A DNA stretch of 64,000 nucleotides, from positions 656,812 to 720,811 of the forward strand of contig OY969884.1 in assembly GCA_963704295.1 (NCBI GenBank). Reading direction: 5' to 3'. Of the stretch, positions 61,199 through 64,000 are shown piece after piece. This DNA comes from an uncultured Actinomycetota bacterium. GTDB taxonomy: Bacteria; Actinomycetota; Actinomycetes; Propionibacteriales; Nocardioidaceae. Both the position numbers and the translations under genes were made by a program. Every line of letters begins with the position of its first letter. The first letter of the stretch is position 1. Under the pieces are notes generated by a model, which saw nothing but the letters and a program-made list of their open reading frames with translations, did no database searches and was not told where the DNA came from.

Positions 61199-62566
61199 AT
61201 GACGCAGATCGACCGGGGCAAGCTGACGAAGGCGATGGCCCGCGAGCAGCGGACCTACCACGACGCCCACCCGCAGACCCGCAAGGTGCTGGAGCAGGCC
61301 GGTGCGCTGCTGTCCGGGGTGCCGATGACCTGGATGGCCAAGTGGGCGGGCGGGTTCCCGCTCGTGCACGCCACCGCCACCGGCGCGCTGATCACCGACG
61401 TCGACGGCCATACCTACGTCGACTTCGCCCTGGGCGACACCGGAGCGATGGCCGGTCACTCTCCGCCCGAGACGGTCGCGGCCATCGAGGACCGGGCGCT
61501 GGTCCGCGGCGGGCTGACCACCATGCTGCCCACCGAGGACGCCGGGTGGGTCGGTGCCGAGCTGGCGCGGCGGTTCGGGCTGCCCCGGTGGTCCTTCGCC
61601 CTGACCGCGACCGACGCGAACCGCTGGGCACTGCGGCTGGCCCGGATGCTCACCAGCCGGCCGAAGGTCCTGGCCTTCGCCTACTGCTACCACGGCACGG
61701 TCGACGAGACCTTCGTCGTGCGCGGGGAGGCCGGTGAGACTCAGGCCCGGCCGGGCAACGTCGGCCCGGCGGTGGACGTCCGCGACACCACCCGGGTTGC
61801 CGAGTTCAACGACCTGACCGGTGTCGAGGCCGCCTTGGCACACGGCGACGTGGCCTGCGTGATCACCGAGCCCGCGCTCACGAACATCGGGATCGTGCTG
61901 CCGGAGCCGGGCTTCCTCGAGGGCCTGCGCGAGCTCTGCGACCGGTACGGCGCGCTGCTGCTGATCGACGAGACGCACACGCTGAGCGCCGGTCCCGGCG
62001 GGATGACGGCCGCCGAGGGGTTGCGACCCGACCTGGTGGTCGTGGGCAAGGCGATCGCGGGCGGTGTGCCGATCGGGGCGTACGGCGTCAGCGCGGAGCT
62101 GGCAAAGCGGTTGGCGACGGCGACCGAGCGCCGCGAGGTCGACCTGGTGGACGTCGGCGGCGTCGGCGGCACCCTGGCCGGCAACGCACTGTCACTGGCC
62201 GCAGCCCGGGCGACCCTTGGCGAGGTGCTGACCGACGAGGCGTTCACCTCCATGTCGACGCTTGCCGCGCGGTACACGCAAGGCGTTCAAGACACCATCG
62301 ACCGGCACGACCTTGCCTGGTCCGTGGTCCGGCTCGGCGCCCGCGCGGAGTACCGGTTCTGCTCCCCGGCCCCGCGCACCGGCTCGGAGTCGGCGGCCGC
62401 GCAGGACGACGAGCTCGAGGACTACCTGCACCTGGCCCTGCTCAATCGAGGCATCCTGCTCACCCCGTTCCACAACATGGCGCTGATGTGCCCGGTGACG
62501 ACGTCGGACGACGTCGACCGGCACACCGACGCGTTCGCCGAGGTGGTGGCTGCGGTCGTCGGCTGA
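61199..62566 (+). CDS. class III (GSA-aminomutase-like) PLP-dependent aminotransferase
   Basis: 455-aa ORF containing YCYHGTVDE, LLLIDETHT and the PLP lysine context DLVVVGKAIAGG. Confidence 0.85.
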   Translation: MTQIDRGKLTKAMAREQRTYHDAHPQTRKVLEQAGALLSGVPMTWMAKWAGGFPLVHATATGALITDVDGHTYVDFALGDTGAMAGHSPPETVAAIEDRALVRGGLTTMLPTEDAGWVGAELARRFGLPRWSFALTATDANRWALRLARMLTSRPKVLAFAYCYHGTVDETFVVRGEAGETQARPGNVGPAVDVRDTTRVAEFNDLTGVEAALAHGDVACVITEPALTNIGIVLPEPGFLEGLRELCDRYGALLLIDETHTLSAGPGGMTAAEGLRPDLVVVGKAIAGGVPIGAYGVSAELAKRLATATERREVDLVDVGGVGGTLAGNALSLAAARATLGEVLTDEAFTSMSTLAARYTQGVQDTIDRHDLAWSVVRLGARAEYRFCSPAPRTGSESAAAQDDELEDYLHLALLNRGILLTPFHNMALMCPVTTSDDVDRHTDAFAEVVAAVVG

Positions 62567-62592
62567 CCTGCGTCGTGCGCGACGATGGGCGC

Positions 62593-63843
62593 GTGACCCC
62601 GACCGCGCCCGGGCCTGGCGGCGTCCCCGAGTCCCGGCGCGCGAAGGTCCTCGTGCTGGCCGGGCTGCTGCTGCTCGCGGTGAGCCTGCGCCCCGCGGTG
62701 ACCAGCCTGGGCTCGGTGCTGGGAGACGTCCAGGCCGACCTGCGGCTGGCCGGCTGGCTGGCCAGCCTGCTCACCACGCTGCCGGTGTTGTGCTTCGCCG
62801 CGGTCGGGGCCGTCACCCACCCGCTGACGCACCGCTTCGGCCTGCACCGCACAGCGCTGGTGTCGCTGCTTGCCATCGTCGCCGGCACCGCAGCACGGTC
62901 GCTGACCGACTCGGCCACGGTCTTCACGCTGGCGTCGACCGTGGCGCTGGCCGGCATGGCGGTCGGGAACGTCTCCCTGCCGCCGCTGGTCAAGCTGCAC
63001 TTCCCCGCCCATATCCCGGCAGTGACTGCGGCGTACTCGTGCGCGCTGCTGAGCGGCGCGGCGATTCCGGCGGGACTCACCGTGCCGGTGGCCGACGCCG
63101 CCGGCACGTGGCGGTGGGGGTTGGGGCTGTGGGCGATCACCGCCGCCGTCGCCGCAGTGCCGTGGCTGGGTCTGCTGCGGCACGACGTCCGGGAGCGGGA
63201 CGAGGACTCGCCGCTGCGGGCGGTGCTGACCCCGGCGCGGCTACTCCGATCGCCGCTTGCCTGGATGATGGCGGTGTTCTTCGGGGTGCAGTCCGCGCAG
63301 GCCTACGCGCAGTTCGGCTGGCTGCCGACCATCTACGAGGACGCCGGCCTGTCGCCGACGGCTGCGGCGCTGATGCTGACCGTCACCACCGCGGTCGGGG
63401 TGCCCGCCCCCCTGATCCTCCCGGCCTATACCCGGCGCACCAGTGACCACCGCGGCCTGGTGCTCGGCTTCGCCGCGTTCACGGCGATCGGGATCGGCGG
63501 GCTGATGCTGGCTCCAGCGACCCTGCCGTGGCTGTGGGCCGCCTGCATGGGGCTCGGCGGTGCGGCGTTCCCCTGGGCGCTGGCGATGCTCGGACTGCGC
63601 ACCCGTACGACCGAAGGCACTGCTGCGCTGTCCGGGTTCGTGCAGAGCGTCGGTTACCTGCTGTCGGCGATCGGACCGCTCGGCACCGGGCTGTTGCACG
63701 ACGCCACCGGCGGCTGGACGCTGCCGTTGCTGGTGCTGCTCGCCCTGACCGCGCCGATGCTGGTCACCGGGCTGTGGATCGCTCGCGCCGGCATGCTCGA
63801 GGACGAGCTCGCCGGAGCGGACCGGTCGGCGCGCGACCGCTGA
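62593..63843 (+). CDS. MFS transporter (CynX/NimT-like)
   Basis: 416 aa from GTG 62593. It has 12 hydrophobic segments, and the N-terminus LLLLAVSLRPAVTSLGSVL is typical of this subfamily. Confidence 0.8.
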   Translation: MTPTAPGPGGVPESRRAKVLVLAGLLLLAVSLRPAVTSLGSVLGDVQADLRLAGWLASLLTTLPVLCFAAVGAVTHPLTHRFGLHRTALVSLLAIVAGTAARSLTDSATVFTLASTVALAGMAVGNVSLPPLVKLHFPAHIPAVTAAYSCALLSGAAIPAGLTVPVADAAGTWRWGLGLWAITAAVAAVPWLGLLRHDVRERDEDSPLRAVLTPARLLRSPLAWMMAVFFGVQSAQAYAQFGWLPTIYEDAGLSPTAAALMLTVTTAVGVPAPLILPAYTRRTSDHRGLVLGFAAFTAIGIGGLMLAPATLPWLWAACMGLGGAAFPWALAMLGLRTRTTEGTAALSGFVQSVGYLLSAIGPLGTGLLHDATGGWTLPLLVLLALTAPMLVTGLWIARAGMLEDELAGADRSARDR

Positions 63844-63852
63844 CGTCCCGGT

Positions 63853-63876
63853 CCCGCCCGCGATGCCGCGGGCGGG
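63853..63876. terminator. GC-rich perfect hairpin between convergent genes
   Basis: CCCGCCCGCG-ATGC-CGCGGGCGGG has a 10-bp perfect stem and no U tract. Confidence 0.4.
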
Positions 63877-63887
63877 CCGGGCTCGCG

Positions 63888-64000
63888 TCAGGCGGCGGTG
63901 CCGAGGTAACCGTTCGGGTCGAGGACGAACTTCTTGCTGGCGCCCTTGTCGAAGTCGGCGTAGCCCTGCGGAGCCTGGTCGATCGAGATGGCGGTCGCGT
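63888..64000 (-). CDS. 3' end of a zinc-type alcohol/formaldehyde dehydrogenase-like gene (partial)
   Basis: The minus-strand translation ATAISIDQAPQGYADFDKGASKKFVLDPNGYLGTAA-stop resembles the C-terminus of glutathione-independent formaldehyde dehydrogenases. Only 36 codons are visible. Confidence 0.45.
   Translation of the reverse strand, partial: ATAISIDQAPQGYADFDKGASKKFVLDPNGYLGTAA

Overview
This is a very GC-rich, gene-dense core chromosomal segment from a high-GC Actinomycetota genome; third codon positions are almost always G or C. The gene order matches the conserved actinobacterial housekeeping backbone. It runs glyQS, znuACB-zur, uppS-recO, the era/ybeY/phoH block, hrcA-dnaJ-rsmE, hemW and lepA, then rpsT/holA/comEC/comEA and leuS. 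It continues with tRNA-Ala, nadD-rsfS, proA, proB, ileS, obg, rpmA-rplU and rne. Small accessory inserts sit between these blocks: an HtrA-like protease, GNATs, an ECF sigma pair, an ArsR-MFS-DUF4870 operon, a protealysin-like M4 protease with an emfourin-like inhibitor, a DUF2235/Tle1-like hydrolase, and an aminotransferase plus MFS pair. I found no rRNA, CRISPR array, transposase, integrase or prophage genes, and only one tRNA. Nearly every long ORF in the track that is antisense to these genes is an Arg/Pro/Gly-rich GC artefact. I do not see a convincing multi-gene novel system. The signals worth a second look are mostly regulatory or structural:
- The only canonical U-tract terminator in the window lies inside the leuS leader, with a T-box-like motif upstream of it.
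- leuA has a Leu-codon leader peptide with competing helices.
- ileS carries a T-box and is wedged into the obg-proB operon.
- Long intergenic palindromes sharing sequence cores sit at gene 3' ends, and one pair brackets the protease insert.
- A hexanucleotide microsatellite follows zur, and a G-quadruplex-capable octamer array lies between fadD and the protease gene.
- leuS (once, at the 3' end) and comEA (twice) show apparent frame disruptions.
- ZnuB has a His-rich tail.
- The protealysin/emfourin pair is translationally coupled.

Start codons were chosen by eye from RBS spacing, 4-nt start/stop overlaps and the homologous N-termini I remember, so they may be off by a few codons. All family assignments come from motif recognition in the translations, not from database searches.
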